DNA from: Bryobacterales bacterium
GTDB lineage: Bacteria > Acidobacteriota > Terriglobia > Bryobacterales > UBA6623
Assembly: GCA_965200705.1 (NCBI GenBank)
Contig: OZ241376.1
Location: 589,722-653,721, forward strand
Length of the DNA: 64,000 nt
Direction of reading: 5' to 3'
The translations under genes and the position numbers were made by a program. Below are positions 28,339-39,472 of the stretch, piece after piece. The notes under the pieces are model-generated. The model did no database searches and had not been told where the DNA came from. It worked only from the letters and a program-made list of their open reading frames with translations. Every line of letters begins with the position of its first letter. Position 1 is the stretch's first letter.

Positions 28339-30726
28339 CTAGCCACCGGCCAACGACGCTGCAGAAACGACGAGACTCTCTCCAGCAGCAATTTCCGGCT
28401 TGGTCTCGGAGCCTGCGTAGCGGATCGTGACGGGCTTGCCCAATCGGGATACCACCCGAGCCTGCACGAGTGCGCCATCATCCCACTCGATGTCGACCTC
28501 GAAGCCGTTGCGTGCCCTCAGGCCCTCGATGCGACCGCTCGGCAGCGCAGCGGGCAGCGCGGGTAGCAGATGGAGGAACCCGGCCTCTCCGCGCTGCACG
28601 GCGCTATCGCGCAGGGGAGCTCCGTACGGATCGTGGCTCTGCAGAAGCATCTCGACGATGCCCGCCGTGGCGCCGAAGTTGCCGTCGATCTGGAACGGCG
28701 GATGCGCGTCGAACATGTTCGGGTAGAGACCGCCGCGCCTGCCGTCGAGCTGGTTCGGCGCGTTTGCGCCCACCGGTCCAAGCAGGCCAGCCAAGATACG
28801 GAACGCATGGTCGCCGTCGAGCAGGCGCGCCCAGAAGTTCACCTTCCAGCCCATGGACCAGCCCGTGGCCCCGTCCCCGCGCATCTCGAGCGACCTGCGC
28901 GCCGCCGAGAACAGCTCTGGCGTCCCGTACGGCGTGATCTCGACTCCCGGGTGCAAACCGAACAGATGGGACACATGTCGATGCTTGTTGTCCGGATCGT
29001 CAATGTCCTCCTGCCATTCCTGAAGCTGACCCAGACGCCCGACCGTGTTGGGGGCGATGCGGCTGCGGACGCTGCGCAGCTCGTCCCTGAACTCCTCGTC
29101 GACGCCGAGGATCTCCGATGCGGCGATGGTGTTCCCCATCAGGTTGCGGATGATCTGGTGGTCCATCGTCGGCCCCATCACGAGACCTCCAGTCTCGGGC
29201 GAATTACTGGGCCCGGAGATCAGGTGCCCGTTCTCAGGCGATTCGACGAGGACGTCCGCGAAGAACCGTGAAGCGCCCCGCATGATCGGGTAGCCGGTCT
29301 CGCGCAGGAACTCCACGTCCCCGCTGTAGAGGTACCGCTGCCAGAAGTTCTGGCACAGCCACGCGCCGCCCGTCGGCCAAATGCCGTGATTGGAGTGGTT
29401 GATCGGCGCTGTGCCGCGCCAGAGATCGAAGTTGTGGTGCAGCACCCAGCCGTCGGCGTCATAGTGCTCGCGAGCGGTCTCCGCACCGGACTCAGCCACC
29501 TCGGCCATCGCGGCAAAGAGCGGCTCCTGCGTTTCCGGGATGGCTGTGGATTCCGCTGGCCAATAGTTCATCTCGGTGTTGATGTTGACCGTGTACTTGC
29601 TTTCCCACGGGGGCGTCAGGAGCTCGTTCCAGAGACCCTGCAGGTTGGAGGGCTGGCCCTGTCCGCGGCTGGACGCGATCAGCAGAAAGCGGCCGTACTG
29701 GAACAACAGGGTGACGAGCTGCGGATCGTCGCGCTCGGAGAACCGGACGATGCGCGCGTCTGTCGGCTCGCTGGCGGCCTCCGTCGTTCCGAGGTCAAGA
29801 CGCACCCGATCAAACAGCTCACCGTGGCTTGCCGTGCTTTCGTCGCGAACCTCTTCGTAGGAGCTCCCCCTGATTCCCTCCAGGGCTTCGTCCACGCGCA
29901 CGGCCGGGTCGGCCGAGACATCGCGGAAGTCCACGACATTCGAAGCCCCAGCGAGGATCAGGAAGGCATCGCTCGCGCCCTTGACGGTCGCCCTGCCCCC
30001 TTCGAAGGACAGGTCGCCGTCGGTCCGAATCGCTAGTCCGGCCTCGAACTGCACCACGCCGTCGCGGACCCGTCCAGCCAAGCGAAGCACGTCGCCCGAC
30101 ACAGCTTTCTTGTCAACGAGATGCGGTGTCTCGACCATGGCTGAGAAGGACAGCTGACGCTCCCCAGATGCGGCAAGGTGCACGGCAAGCACCTGTTTCG
30201 GATAGCTGACAAGCACCTCCTGGCGATAGACCGTGCCACCAGCGTTGAACTGCACATGTGCAATGGCGGTGCGGAGGTCCAGCGAGCGCCGGTACCCAGT
30301 CACTGCATTGGCGTCAATGTCATGTCGCTCGATCCGCAGGTCACCGAAGGGCTGGTACGCCACCTGTCGCAGGGGCGTGCTCATGAACCGCTCCATGGCT
30401 AGGTCCTCCGCCTCCTTCTGCCTTCCCTCGAACAGCAGCTCCCTGATGGCGTCCAGCGACGTATGCGCACCCTTGTGCGCGTAGCTGCGAGGCTCCCCAG
30501 CCCAGACCGTGTCTTCGTTAAACTGGATGCGCTCGCGAGAGCTCCCACCGAACACCATCGCGCCCAGCCTGCCGTTGCCAACTGGCAGCGCTTCGACCCA
30601 TTCCCCAGCAGGCCGGTCGTACCAGAGCTCCAAAGGCTGATCGGGAGCGTCCGAGCTGCACGAGACACCGGCGGCGAGTGCACTGACGGTGGCTAGGAAC
30701 TCACGTCTATCCAAGCGATGCGGCAT
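28339..30726 (-). CDS. Glycoside hydrolase family 95 (alpha-L-fucosidase-like), TAT-exported
   Basis: 795-aa ORF. Twin-arginine N-terminus [22 protein letters not shown]95 N-terminal block [28 protein letters not shown]...[13 protein letters not shown]. Confidence 0.85.
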   Translation of the reverse strand: MPHRLDRREFLATVSALAAGVSCSSDAPDQPLELWYDRPAGEWVEALPVGNGRLGAMVFGGSSRERIQFNEDTVWAGEPRSYAHKGAHTSLDAIRELLFEGRQKEAEDLAMERFMSTPLRQVAYQPFGDLRIERHDIDANAVTGYRRSLDLRTAIAHVQFNAGGTVYRQEVLVSYPKQVLAVHLAASGERQLSFSAMVETPHLVDKKAVSGDVLRLAGRVRDGVVQFEAGLAIRTDGDLSFEGGRATVKGASDAFLILAGASNVVDFRDVSADPAVRVDEALEGIRGSSYEEVRDESTASHGELFDRVRLDLGTTEAASEPTDARIVRFSERDDPQLVTLLFQYGRFLLIASSRGQGQPSNLQGLWNELLTPPWESKYTVNINTEMNYWPAESTAIPETQEPLFAAMAEVAESGAETAREHYDADGWVLHHNFDLWRGTAPINHSNHGIWPTGGAWLCQNFWQRYLYSGDVEFLRETGYPIMRGASRFFADVLVESPENGHLISGPSNSPETGGLVMGPTMDHQIIRNLMGNTIAASEILGVDEEFRDELRSVRSRIAPNTVGRLGQLQEWQEDIDDPDNKHRHVSHLFGLHPGVEITPYGTPELFSAARRSLEMRGDGATGWSMGWKVNFWARLLDGDHAFRILAGLLGPVGANAPNQLDGRRGGLYPNMFDAHPPFQIDGNFGATAGIVEMLLQSHDPYGAPLRDSAVQRGEAGFLHLLPALPAALPSGRIEGLRARNGFEVDIEWDDGALVQARVVSRLGKPVTIRYAGSETKPEIAAGESLVVSAASLAGG

Positions 30727-30817
30727 GCTGCCAGTGTAGTGACAGGCTATGTCCGCAAGAGCTGCGCAGACATGCCCTTGCGGGATGCGAGACCATAACC
30801 GCTAGGGTTCGATCCTT

Positions 30818-32452
30818 GTGAAACGTGGAAGCTCCACACTCAAACTCACAGGTCTGGCGCTGGGGCTGGCTGCGTGCCTCGGAGTCTCCAGCAGCCGCGC
30901 ACAGGATCTGAAGCCCGGCTACATCGATCCGATTCCCATCCTCGACGCCGCGGCCAAGGCGATGGGAGTTGATCAGCTCAATTGCATCAGCTTCACCGGC
31001 ATCGCCAACTCCGGGATGGTGGGACAGAACGTGACACAGAGCACGGACTGGCCGAAAGGAGCGGCTCTCGAAAACTACACGCGCACCATTGACTTCGAAC
31101 GGCACTCGTCTGTCGAGCGGTTCGACCGGGTGCCAGGCCAGAACCCCGCCTCGTGGAAGTACGGCTCCGGCTGGCAAGGCGGTACGCCGATCCAGCAGCG
31201 CGAGCGCCAGACGTTCGCCGTCGTCGGGACCGACGCATGGCACCGTGATGGCGACGACGCTGTGCCCGTGGCAGCCCCGACCATGGCCGAGCTGTGGCAA
31301 CTGGACATGTGGATGACGCCGCACGGGTTCGTGCGGGCCGCCCGAATGCCTGGTGCCAATCCCAAGGCGATCTGGCGATGGGAGCTGGGCGAGAGTGGTC
31401 GGGACGGAGCCACAACCGCAGGCATACAGCGTGTGACCCTCGTGTCCGCAACTGTATTGGGAAAGTACCGCGTGAACGCCACAATCCGGGCCGGCAACAT
31501 CGTGCAGCGAACGCAGACACGGGTTCCCCACCCCGTGATCGGCGACATGAACTACGAGCACGAGTACTCCGACTGGCGCGATCTCGGAAACGGCATCCAG
31601 TTTCCCGCGGGCTGGCACCATCACGACGGCTGGGACGACGAACGCCAGGTGCCTCTGATCAGCGGAGGCCACAACAGCTTTGGTGGCTCGTTCCCCGACA
31701 TGCGGGTGAACGGCTGCGAGGAGACACCAGTGCCGGATCCAGTGAAGGGCGCTGTGGATCGCTCAGCTGATGTGGATACGCATGAGCTTGCCGAAGGCGT
31801 GTGGCTCCTGAGCGGCGGATCGCACAACTCCGTGGCGATCGAGTTCGCAGACTACAGCGTCGTCGTGGAGGCGCCCTTGGACGAGCGCCGGTCACTGGCC
31901 GTGATTGACGCAGTCGTTGATCTGGTGCCCGACAAGCCGATCCGCTTCCTTGTCAACACCCACGACCATTACGATCACTTGGGAGGGATCCGCACTTACC
32001 TGCACGTGGGTGCCACGATCATCACTCACCAGCGCAATCGGCTGTTCTACGAGACCGAGGTCCTCGACTACGCCCCTCGTACGCTCCAGCCAGACATGGT
32101 CTCCCTCTACCCACCAACGGAGATCTCTGAAGGCTACACGCTGGAGGACGTTGACGAGAAGTACGTCCTGAGTGACGGCGAGCGGCTGCTGGAGATCTAC
32201 TACGTACAGGGCCTTGCCAGTCACGTCGAAGGCATGCTGATGGCGTACCTCCCGCGCGAGCGCATCCTGATAGAGGCGGACCTCTACGATCCTGGCCTGC
32301 GGCCGAAGTCTATCGAGCGGCCAACCACCGAGGAGCAGGTCCTGTTGCGCAACGTGCACCAGAACCGACTCAAGCCGGCCACCGTCGCCCCAATCCATGG
32401 CGCGGCTGTGAGCTGGGCGGAGTTTCTTCGCGAGTCTGGCCAGGCCGAGTAG
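30818..32452 (+). CDS. Exported MBL-fold metallo-hydrolase with N-terminal extension (possible lipoprotein)
   Basis: 544-aa ORF with a GTG start. N-terminus MKRGSSTLKLTGLALGLAACLG has a lipobox-like LAAC. Metallo-beta-lactamase motif in VNTHDHYDHLGG. Confidence 0.75.
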   Translation: MKRGSSTLKLTGLALGLAACLGVSSSRAQDLKPGYIDPIPILDAAAKAMGVDQLNCISFTGIANSGMVGQNVTQSTDWPKGAALENYTRTIDFERHSSVERFDRVPGQNPASWKYGSGWQGGTPIQQRERQTFAVVGTDAWHRDGDDAVPVAAPTMAELWQLDMWMTPHGFVRAARMPGANPKAIWRWELGESGRDGATTAGIQRVTLVSATVLGKYRVNATIRAGNIVQRTQTRVPHPVIGDMNYEHEYSDWRDLGNGIQFPAGWHHHDGWDDERQVPLISGGHNSFGGSFPDMRVNGCEETPVPDPVKGAVDRSADVDTHELAEGVWLLSGGSHNSVAIEFADYSVVVEAPLDERRSLAVIDAVVDLVPDKPIRFLVNTHDHYDHLGGIRTYLHVGATIITHQRNRLFYETEVLDYAPRTLQPDMVSLYPPTEISEGYTLEDVDEKYVLSDGERLLEIYYVQGLASHVEGMLMAYLPRERILIEADLYDPGLRPKSIERPTTEEQVLLRNVHQNRLKPATVAPIHGAAVSWAEFLRESGQAE

Positions 32453-32465
32453 CCGGTCCGCGGAA

Positions 32466-33890
32466 TCAAGCGATTAGTTCGGGGATGAGCTGACCGCCAA
32501 CCTGGGACAGCTGCTTAAAGCGGCCTCCGTGGAAGTAAGTCAAGCGGTTGTCGTCGAGGCCCATCAGACGCAGCCACGTCACGTGCAGGTCCTTGATGGG
32601 ATGCACGACCTCAACCGCGCGATTACCGGTCTCGTCCGTGGCGCCGACCACGGTTCCCGCGGGCGTGCCGCCTCCCGCCATCAAGACCACCATTGCATCG
32701 GCGTTGTGTCCACGGCCGTTGGCCGCCACGCCGCCTCGCCGGTTGTTGTCCGGCGTCCGGCCGAATTCGCCCGAGCAAACCACCAGCGTCTCGTCGAGCA
32801 GACCCCGCTGCCTGAGGTCGCGGATGAGGGCGGCGAGGGGCTTGTCAACGCTTCGGATGCGGTTCGAGTGGTTCCGCTCCAGGAAGTCGTGGCTGTCCCA
32901 CCCGCCCGAGAAGATCTGGACGAACCGCACGCCCTTCTCAACGAGGCGGCGCGCTAGCAGGCACTGCTGTCCGAACGCCCGCGTGGGCTCCTCGTCCAGA
33001 CCGTAAGCGGACCGCATCGACTCAGACTCAGTGGACAGGTCCACAACGTCGGGCACCTCGGCCTGCATCCGAAACGCCAGTTCATAGCTCTCCATCCGCG
33101 CTGCCAGATCGTCGTGGGACGGGTGCTGCGCAGCGTGGCTCTGGTTCATCGCCGCCAGCATCTCCAAGCTCTGGCGCTGCTGCTCCTCGGTCTTCCACGA
33201 CGGCGGCTTGAGGTCGAGCAGCGGAGATCCCGTGGGACGCAGCAGAGTGCCCTGGTAGTGAGCTGGCAGAAAACCGTTGGACCAGTTCCCCGCCCCGCCC
33301 TGCGGATGCGCCAGCTCGGTCATCACGATGTAGCCGGGGAGGTTCTGGTTCATGGTGCCAAGGCCGTACAGCATCCACGCTCCCACTCCAGGATCCGCAC
33401 CGAGCGGGCTCCCGGTGTTGAGGTGGTACAGGGCGTCGGGATGGTTCACCGACTGCGCCTGGCAGCCGTGATAGACGCACAGTTCGTCTGCGACGGCCGG
33501 GCTGGCCATGTGCTGGAACTGGTCGCACATCTCGATGCCTGAGTTGCCAACCTTCCGGAAGCCGAACGGACTGCCAACGTAGTAGGTCTTCGCCGTCAAC
33601 TCGACGAGCACCTGGTTCGGATCCCGGACGGACTCCGTTTGGTGCAGCTCCTGCAGCTTGGGCTTCGGATCGAAGGTGTCCATGTGACCGGGACCGCCCT
33701 CGAGCACCACGAAGATGCAGGCCTTGGCCTTGGCCTGCACCTGCGGGGTCTTTGGAGCGAGCGGTCCGCCCGCCGCGCGCGCTTCCTGCGCGAGCAGATT
33801 CGTGAACGCGAGCGCACCAGCGGACGCGCCCAGACCAAACAACAGGTCCCGGCGCCCGATGCCGCGGTCCAGTGGCCCTCTAGTAGACAT
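32466..33890 (-). CDS. DUF1501-family protein (sulfatase/alkaline-phosphatase fold), TAT signal; pair 1
   Basis: Track ORF 32466..34100, start moved to ATG at 33888-33890 (MSTRGPLDRGIGRRDLLFGLGASAGALAF, twin-arginine). DUF1501 blocks GGPGHMDTFDPKP and GEFGRTP. The start overlaps the upstream gene by 11 nt. Confidence 0.85.
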   Translation of the reverse strand: MSTRGPLDRGIGRRDLLFGLGASAGALAFTNLLAQEARAAGGPLAPKTPQVQAKAKACIFVVLEGGPGHMDTFDPKPKLQELHQTESVRDPNQVLVELTAKTYYVGSPFGFRKVGNSGIEMCDQFQHMASPAVADELCVYHGCQAQSVNHPDALYHLNTGSPLGADPGVGAWMLYGLGTMNQNLPGYIVMTELAHPQGGAGNWSNGFLPAHYQGTLLRPTGSPLLDLKPPSWKTEEQQRQSLEMLAAMNQSHAAQHPSHDDLAARMESYELAFRMQAEVPDVVDLSTESESMRSAYGLDEEPTRAFGQQCLLARRLVEKGVRFVQIFSGGWDSHDFLERNHSNRIRSVDKPLAALIRDLRQRGLLDETLVVCSGEFGRTPDNNRRGGVAANGRGHNADAMVVLMAGGGTPAGTVVGATDETGNRAVEVVHPIKDLHVTWLRLMGLDDNRLTYFHGGRFKQLSQVGGQLIPELIA

Positions 33891-36660
33891 AGGCGAACTC
33901 ATTGGCATTGAACACCAGCAGGCACAGGTCCGCAAGGGCCCTGGTCTCCGGGCTGACCTCCCAAGGCTGCGTGTCCGGCTGGAAGTCCTCGTATCCGGCC
34001 AGCCACTCCTCGTACTCGAAGGGATCTCCCGTGAACTCCTCGACGAGGGAGCGCGTGATCCACGTCGGTCGATCCCGCTTCGTGGGGGCCGTCGTCGCAT
34101 GGCTGCGCTGCATAGCCTTCACGTACTCGGCCAGCTGCGAGCGCATTGACGGGTCGGGCACACGACCGTGAGCCAGCCGATACGCCAAGCTGACGCGCTC
34201 CTCCAGCGTGCCTGCCTCGCGCTCCAGCCGAAGCGCCATCGCCACGGAGCGATCGGTCATGTATTCCGAGTTCATCATCGTCAGCGCCTGAGGGCTGACC
34301 GCGGACGCATCTCGACGCTCGCACGAGTCGTTGGGATTCGGCTGATTGAAGACTTCCATCAACGGATCCGCCTGCCCGCGCACGCGATACGCGTAGATGG
34401 ATCGGCGATGCCGCTCCGACGGAGTCGGCGAAGGCTGGTATGCCGGAGCAATCGAGAACTGAATCATTCGGGGCTGCATGGCAACCTCCCAGTTGATCTC
34501 CGGCATGGCCGGTACGCCTCCGACCTCGGTGTTGAGTTCCCCGGACACCTGCAGGACGCTATCGCGGATCTCTTCAGCCGCGAGTCGCCGTGGAGTGAAG
34601 TAGGCGATCAGCAGGTTCTGCGGATCCTTCTCGCGGAGGGGCTCCATATCAGGCCGCTCAGTGCTTTGCCGATAAACCTCCGACGTCAGGATCAGACGAT
34701 GCAGTCGCTTGATCGACCATCCACCTGCCACGAACTCGGACGCAAGCCAGTCCAGGAGCTGCGGATGGGTGGGCTTGCTCCCCAGCGATCCGAGATTGTT
34801 TGGCGTGGCGACCAACCCTCGACCGAAGTGGTAGGCCCACACCCGGTTGACGATAGAACGGACCGCGAGGGGATTGTCGGGATCCACAATCCAGTTCGCC
34901 AGCGCGAGCCGACGCCCGTCCAGACCGCTAGGCAGTGCATAGGGGTCGTCGGACTGCGAGGTCCTCGTGGGCAGAGCGGTAGCACTGAGCACCCCTGGTG
35001 ACACACCCTCGCCCGGAGCGTGGACGGAACCGCCGTCGTAGATTCGTGAGTCCGGACGCCAGTCCATGTCGAGCTTCGCGGGAACGCGCAGCTTGCGGCC
35101 ATTGCCAGGAATGTAGTCCGGTCCACTGAACACGGTCTGAGCCAGCGGCTCGTAGCGCTCGAGCCTACGCTTCCAGATCCACTCGTCCTGCTTGCGGACC
35201 TTGAGTCGACCCTCTTCCTGCGAGGTGAGCCCGTAGTGGCGTGGCGGCTTGGCATCGTCGGCAAGCTTGTTGCGCTTCGACGCCGGCACGTACTCCTGGC
35301 CACGCTCCTCGAACCATTCCCTGGCTGCGTCTTCGACCTGGTCCTCAAGCGCAACCTTCTTCTCCGTGGCGAACTCCATCAGCCGGCCCACATGCGCCCG
35401 GCCAGCGGCAAAGCGTGCCTGGTTCTCCTCTGGCTGGAACTCGGCTGGGCGCTCGGCCATCTGCGTCGTCGCGAAGGCAGCGTAGACCCGGTAGTAGTCG
35501 CGCATCGGAACCGGATCGACCTTGTGGTCGTGGCACTTGGAGCAGCGCAGCGGCATGGAAAGAAACGTCTGTCCCACGCTGTGCACGACATCGTCCAGAT
35601 ACGCTTGACGCGCCATCTTCTTGGGCACCATCGCAGAGCCCCAAGGGCCCATGCGCAGGAATCCGGTGGCGACCCTCATCTCGGGATCGTTCGGTCGAAA
35701 TTCGTCGCCAGCGAGCTGTTCCCTGACGAATTGGTCGTAGGGCTTGTCCGTGTTGAAGGCGCGAATCACATAGTCCCGATAGCGCCAAGCATTCGATCGC
35801 TCGTAGTCGTTGGAGTTGCCCGCGGTGTCGGCGTAGCGGGCGACATCGAGCCAGTGCCGACCCCAGTGCTCGCCGTAGCGCGGAGATGCCAGCAGACGGT
35901 CCACAAGACGCTCCCATGCCCCTGGCGTCGAATCGCCGAGGTATGCGTGGACCTGCTCCGGGGTCGGTGGCAGACCCGTGAGTCCGTAGTAGAGGCGTCG
36001 AAGCGCAACAAGTCGTCCTGCTCGCGGGGCCGGCTCAACCTCGGCCTTGGCAAGCGTGGCACGATGGAATGCATCGACGGGATTGGGCACCGCAACGAGC
36101 GGAACCGTGGGCTTGCGCACTGGCCGGAAGGCCCAGATGTCGGCCGGGTCGTAGGATCGGTTGGTCCATTCGTCGGTCTGACCGCCGCTCGTCGCGACTC
36201 GGACACCTGTAGCGTGGTCGGAGCTCTGCTCCGCCGCCGCTCGGAGCTCGGCAATCCGGTCATCCGATGGCCACGGTGCACCGTGCTCGATCCATGCCCG
36301 AACGGCTGCGGTCTCGTTCGCATCCAGCCGGTCGTTCTCCTTGGGCGGCATCGGCACCACATCCGCCGCCGCCGAGACTGCTCTGTAAAGGGCGCTGGCC
36401 CCTGGGTCGCCGGGCACGATCGCGGGGTTGCCGGAGTTGCCCCCGCGCAGCACCCCCTCCCTGCTCGACAGGTCGAGTCCACCCAGCAGCAAGTCAGGAT
36501 CGCTGCCGTGACAGGCCAAGCATCGCGCCACTAGGATCGGCTTGACCTTCAGGGCGAACGCTTCGTCCCCTTCGTCCGCAGAGGCAGGTGCGGACGCCAG
36601 ACCAAACAAGGCCAGAAGTACGGCGAGAAAGCCGATCCCAAGCGGACTTCGCCTGCGCAT
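33880..36660 (-). CDS. PSCyt1/PSCyt2(DUF1549)/PSD1(DUF1553) protein with CxxCH motif; pair 1
   Basis: Track ORF 33880..36789, start moved to ATG at 36658-36660 (MRRRSPLGIGFLAVLLALFGLASAPASA). Heme-type motif CLACHG. Conserved blocks LLASPRYGEHWGRHWLDVARYAD, AWRYRDYVIRAFNTDKPYDQFVREQLAGDE and CSKCHDHKVDP. Confidence 0.85.
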   Translation of the reverse strand: MRRRSPLGIGFLAVLLALFGLASAPASADEGDEAFALKVKPILVARCLACHGSDPDLLLGGLDLSSREGVLRGGNSGNPAIVPGDPGASALYRAVSAAADVVPMPPKENDRLDANETAAVRAWIEHGAPWPSDDRIAELRAAAEQSSDHATGVRVATSGGQTDEWTNRSYDPADIWAFRPVRKPTVPLVAVPNPVDAFHRATLAKAEVEPAPRAGRLVALRRLYYGLTGLPPTPEQVHAYLGDSTPGAWERLVDRLLASPRYGEHWGRHWLDVARYADTAGNSNDYERSNAWRYRDYVIRAFNTDKPYDQFVREQLAGDEFRPNDPEMRVATGFLRMGPWGSAMVPKKMARQAYLDDVVHSVGQTFLSMPLRCSKCHDHKVDPVPMRDYYRVYAAFATTQMAERPAEFQPEENQARFAAGRAHVGRLMEFATEKKVALEDQVEDAAREWFEERGQEYVPASKRNKLADDAKPPRHYGLTSQEEGRLKVRKQDEWIWKRRLERYEPLAQTVFSGPDYIPGNGRKLRVPAKLDMDWRPDSRIYDGGSVHAPGEGVSPGVLSATALPTRTSQSDDPYALPSGLDGRRLALANWIVDPDNPLAVRSIVNRVWAYHFGRGLVATPNNLGSLGSKPTHPQLLDWLASEFVAGGWSIKRLHRLILTSEVYRQSTERPDMEPLREKDPQNLLIAYFTPRRLAAEEIRDSVLQVSGELNTEVGGVPAMPEINWEVAMQPRMIQFSIAPAYQPSPTPSERHRRSIYAYRVRGQADPLMEVFNQPNPNDSCERRDASAVSPQALTMMNSEYMTDRSVAMALRLEREAGTLEERVSLAYRLAHGRVPDPSMRSQLAEYVKAMQRSHATTAPTKRDRPTWITRSLVEEFTGDPFEYEEWLAGYEDFQPDTQPWEVSPETRALADLCLLVFNANEFAYVY

Positions 36661-36940
36661 ATCGCCTACGCAACGGCAGGACATCACGTGACCATGATAT
36701 TGCTCTCGTGGCCCCTCCGAACCACAAAGCGCCCAAAAACCCGTAAAACCCACTGCACCGAGCCACTCGAATGGTGACCAGCTTGGCATCCATCTCGCGG
36801 CAGACTCTCAGACTGTGACAGTGGCCTGAACCATCATTGTCGCCGATGCCGATCTCACCGCTGGGTCGGGAACCCGTACTCTATGTCCAGAGTGGCAAGG
36901 GCTGGTCGGCCCCAACCGCCAGGGAACTGAACGACTGGAG

Positions 36941-37807
36941 ATGGCTACGAGTCGCACCAGAGTCGCCTTCCAAGGTGCGCGCGGAGCGTTCAGCGAGCAA
37001 GCCTCTCGGCGGATCCTCGCTGGTATGAATCTGGAGTTCGCACCGCGAGAGCGGTTCGTGGACACCTTCGAGACGCTTGCATCGGGGTCTGTCGACTACG
37101 CGGTCATTCCGATCGAGAACACGCTCCACGGGTCCGTCCACGAGAACTACGACCATCTCCTGCATTTCAAGCCCTCGATCCTAGCTGAGACTCAGGTGCG
37201 CATCGTGCACAACCTGATCGGTCGACCCGGATCGACGGTGACGGGCATTCGACGCGCCATTTCGCATCCAGTGGCGCTCGCGCAGTGCGTCGACTTCTTC
37301 CGACAGCACCCCAACATTCGGGTCGAAAGCCATTACGACACTGGAGGCAGCGTCAAGACCGTGATGGAGGGCGATGACGACAGCCTAGGAGCCGTCGCTT
37401 CAGACATCGCAGCGGAGTACTACGGAGGACAGGTGCTGCAGGCCTCGATCGAGGACGATCGCGAGAACTACACGCGCTTCTTTCTGCTGGGCCCTTCGGG
37501 TGCGACAAGCCCGTCCATCGAAGGTCCGCGCAAGACAACCATCGTGTTCGTGACGAAGAACGCGCCGGGAGCGCTCTTCAAGTGCATGAGCGCTTTCGCC
37601 CTGCGGGACATCAACATGACCAAGATCGAGTCGCGACCGTTGAAGGGACGGCCCTTCGAGTACCGGTTCTATGTCGACATCCTGGCCTCGCCGGACGAGC
37701 AGCAATGCTCGTACGCACTTCGGCACCTTGAGGAGATGACCGAGTTCCTAGCGGTGCTAGGCACCTACGTGCCCGGAACCATCGCAAGTCCCGCTAAGGA
37801 CGCATGA
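36941..37807 (+). CDS. pheA: Prephenate dehydratase
   Basis: 288-aa ORF. PDT domain (VAFQGARGAFSEQA) and an ACT domain with TKIESRPLKGRPFEYRFYVD. Confidence 0.9.
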   Translation: MATSRTRVAFQGARGAFSEQASRRILAGMNLEFAPRERFVDTFETLASGSVDYAVIPIENTLHGSVHENYDHLLHFKPSILAETQVRIVHNLIGRPGSTVTGIRRAISHPVALAQCVDFFRQHPNIRVESHYDTGGSVKTVMEGDDDSLGAVASDIAAEYYGGQVLQASIEDDRENYTRFFLLGPSGATSPSIEGPRKTTIVFVTKNAPGALFKCMSAFALRDINMTKIESRPLKGRPFEYRFYVDILASPDEQQCSYALRHLEEMTEFLAVLGTYVPGTIASPAKDA

Positions 37808-37831
37808 GCCAAGAGCCTGGCTGGCTGGCTG

Positions 37832-39472
37832 TCACGGCGAGGTGACGGGCGCCTCGTAGTCTGCGGTCTCCGGGTACGGGCGTGGCTCTGGCTCGTACCC
37901 CGGCTTGCGCTTCGGGCGGCCCGGTAGCACGTTTCTTGCCTTCGCCCAATCCGTGTACATCTCGATCATTCTCCTGCCCATCTCGGGCTCGAGAGGCATG
38001 AGATCAGCGGTCTCGGTACGGTCTGCCCCCATGTCATAGAGCTCCCACGGACCTCCGTTCTTCGCGACGAGCTTCCACTTGCCGAAACGCACCGCGCGAT
38101 TGCCCTCGTGCTCCCAGTACAGGGCCTCGCGATCCAGCGGCCGGCTTTCGAAGGCCGGCACCATCGAGACGCCCTCCAGCGGCGTTATCTGATTGCCGGA
38201 GAACTCCGAGGGATACTCCGCATCGGCAACGTCCAAAGCCGTAGCCATCAGGTCGATCAAGTGCGTGGGCTCGCTGCGCAGTTCGCCCTTCGCCGACACT
38301 CCCGCTGGCCAATGCACGACCAAAGGCGTGGCGATTCCACCCTCGTGGACCCAGTGCTTGTAGGTGCGGAACGGCGTGTTCGACGCGTTCGCCCACGCCT
38401 GCCCGTAGGACTGGCTGTAGCCGTCCTTGGTGGTGAGGATTTCGAGCGGTCCACGACCCAGCATGCCGCCCTCGGCGCAGCCGCCGTTGTCCGAGAGGAA
38501 GAACACGAGTGTGTCGTCGAGCTCGCCGAGATCCAGCAGCGCCTCGATGAGCTTCCCGATGTTCTGATCCATGCGGTCGACCTGTGCAGCGTAGATCGCC
38601 ATCCGCAGGTCCATCTCGTCCTTCTTGCTCCGCGACAGGGTCTCCCACGGCACCGCATCCCGTACCGTCATCTTCCAAGCCCGGTCGATGATCCCCATCT
38701 GCTGGAGACGCTCGAGCCGCGCCTCCCGGATCCGGTCCCAGCCGACCATGTACCTGCCACGGTACTTCTGGACATCCTCTGGCCAGGCATGCAGCGGCCA
38801 GTGGGGCGCCGTGTAGGAGAGGTAGAGGAAGAATGGCTGGTCGTCGTCCCGCTCCGACTCGCGGACGAACTGCACTGCGTGATCGGTGAAGGCGTCGGTC
38901 GTGTAGTAGTCCTCCCCCGGGATGATCCTCTCGCGGTTGCGTACTAGAAGCTTTCGGGGTGCTGGGCGAAAGAAGTTCGACGCTCCCCGAATGAGGCCGT
39001 AGAACTCGTCGAAGCCGCGATCCACAGGCCACATGCCCTCAAATGTGCCTACGTGCCACTTGCCGGCCATGAGCGTCCTGTAGCCAGCTGGCTTCAGGGC
39101 CTCGGCGATGGTCACGCCGCTGCGGTTGAGGTAGCCGCGGTATCCCGGGTAGCCGAGATCGAAGCGCTGCGACTCGTTCTCGCTGGTCATGTGGCCGATG
39201 CCGACCTGGTGCGCGTAGAGCCCGGTCAGCAGCGACGCCCGCGTCGGGCAGCACCGTGCGGCGTTGTAGAAGTGCGTGAAGCGCAGGCCGTTGTCGGCCA
39301 GGCGATCCAAGTTCGGCGTGCGGATCTCACTTCCGTAGCAGCCAATGTCGGAGTAGCCCATGTCATCGGCCATCATGATCACGATGTTTGGTCGGGCCGA
39401 GATGTCGCCCGGACCGACCAGGCTCGACAGGGCGCAGCAGATCGTGGCAATCGTCGTTAGGTTGCGCATCAA
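37832..39472 (-). CDS. Arylsulfatase (formylglycine-dependent, exported)
   Basis: 546-aa ORF with a signal-like N-terminus. Sulfatase signature CCPTRASLLTGLY. MADDMGYSDIGCYG N-terminal block. Confidence 0.9.
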   Translation of the reverse strand: MMRNLTTIATICCALSSLVGPGDISARPNIVIMMADDMGYSDIGCYGSEIRTPNLDRLADNGLRFTHFYNAARCCPTRASLLTGLYAHQVGIGHMTSENESQRFDLGYPGYRGYLNRSGVTIAEALKPAGYRTLMAGKWHVGTFEGMWPVDRGFDEFYGLIRGASNFFRPAPRKLLVRNRERIIPGEDYYTTDAFTDHAVQFVRESERDDDQPFFLYLSYTAPHWPLHAWPEDVQKYRGRYMVGWDRIREARLERLQQMGIIDRAWKMTVRDAVPWETLSRSKKDEMDLRMAIYAAQVDRMDQNIGKLIEALLDLGELDDTLVFFLSDNGGCAEGGMLGRGPLEILTTKDGYSQSYGQAWANASNTPFRTYKHWVHEGGIATPLVVHWPAGVSAKGELRSEPTHLIDLMATALDVADAEYPSEFSGNQITPLEGVSMVPAFESRPLDREALYWEHEGNRAVRFGKWKLVAKNGGPWELYDMGADRTETADLMPLEPEMGRRMIEMYTDWAKARNVLPGRPKRKPGYEPEPRPYPETADYEAPVTSP

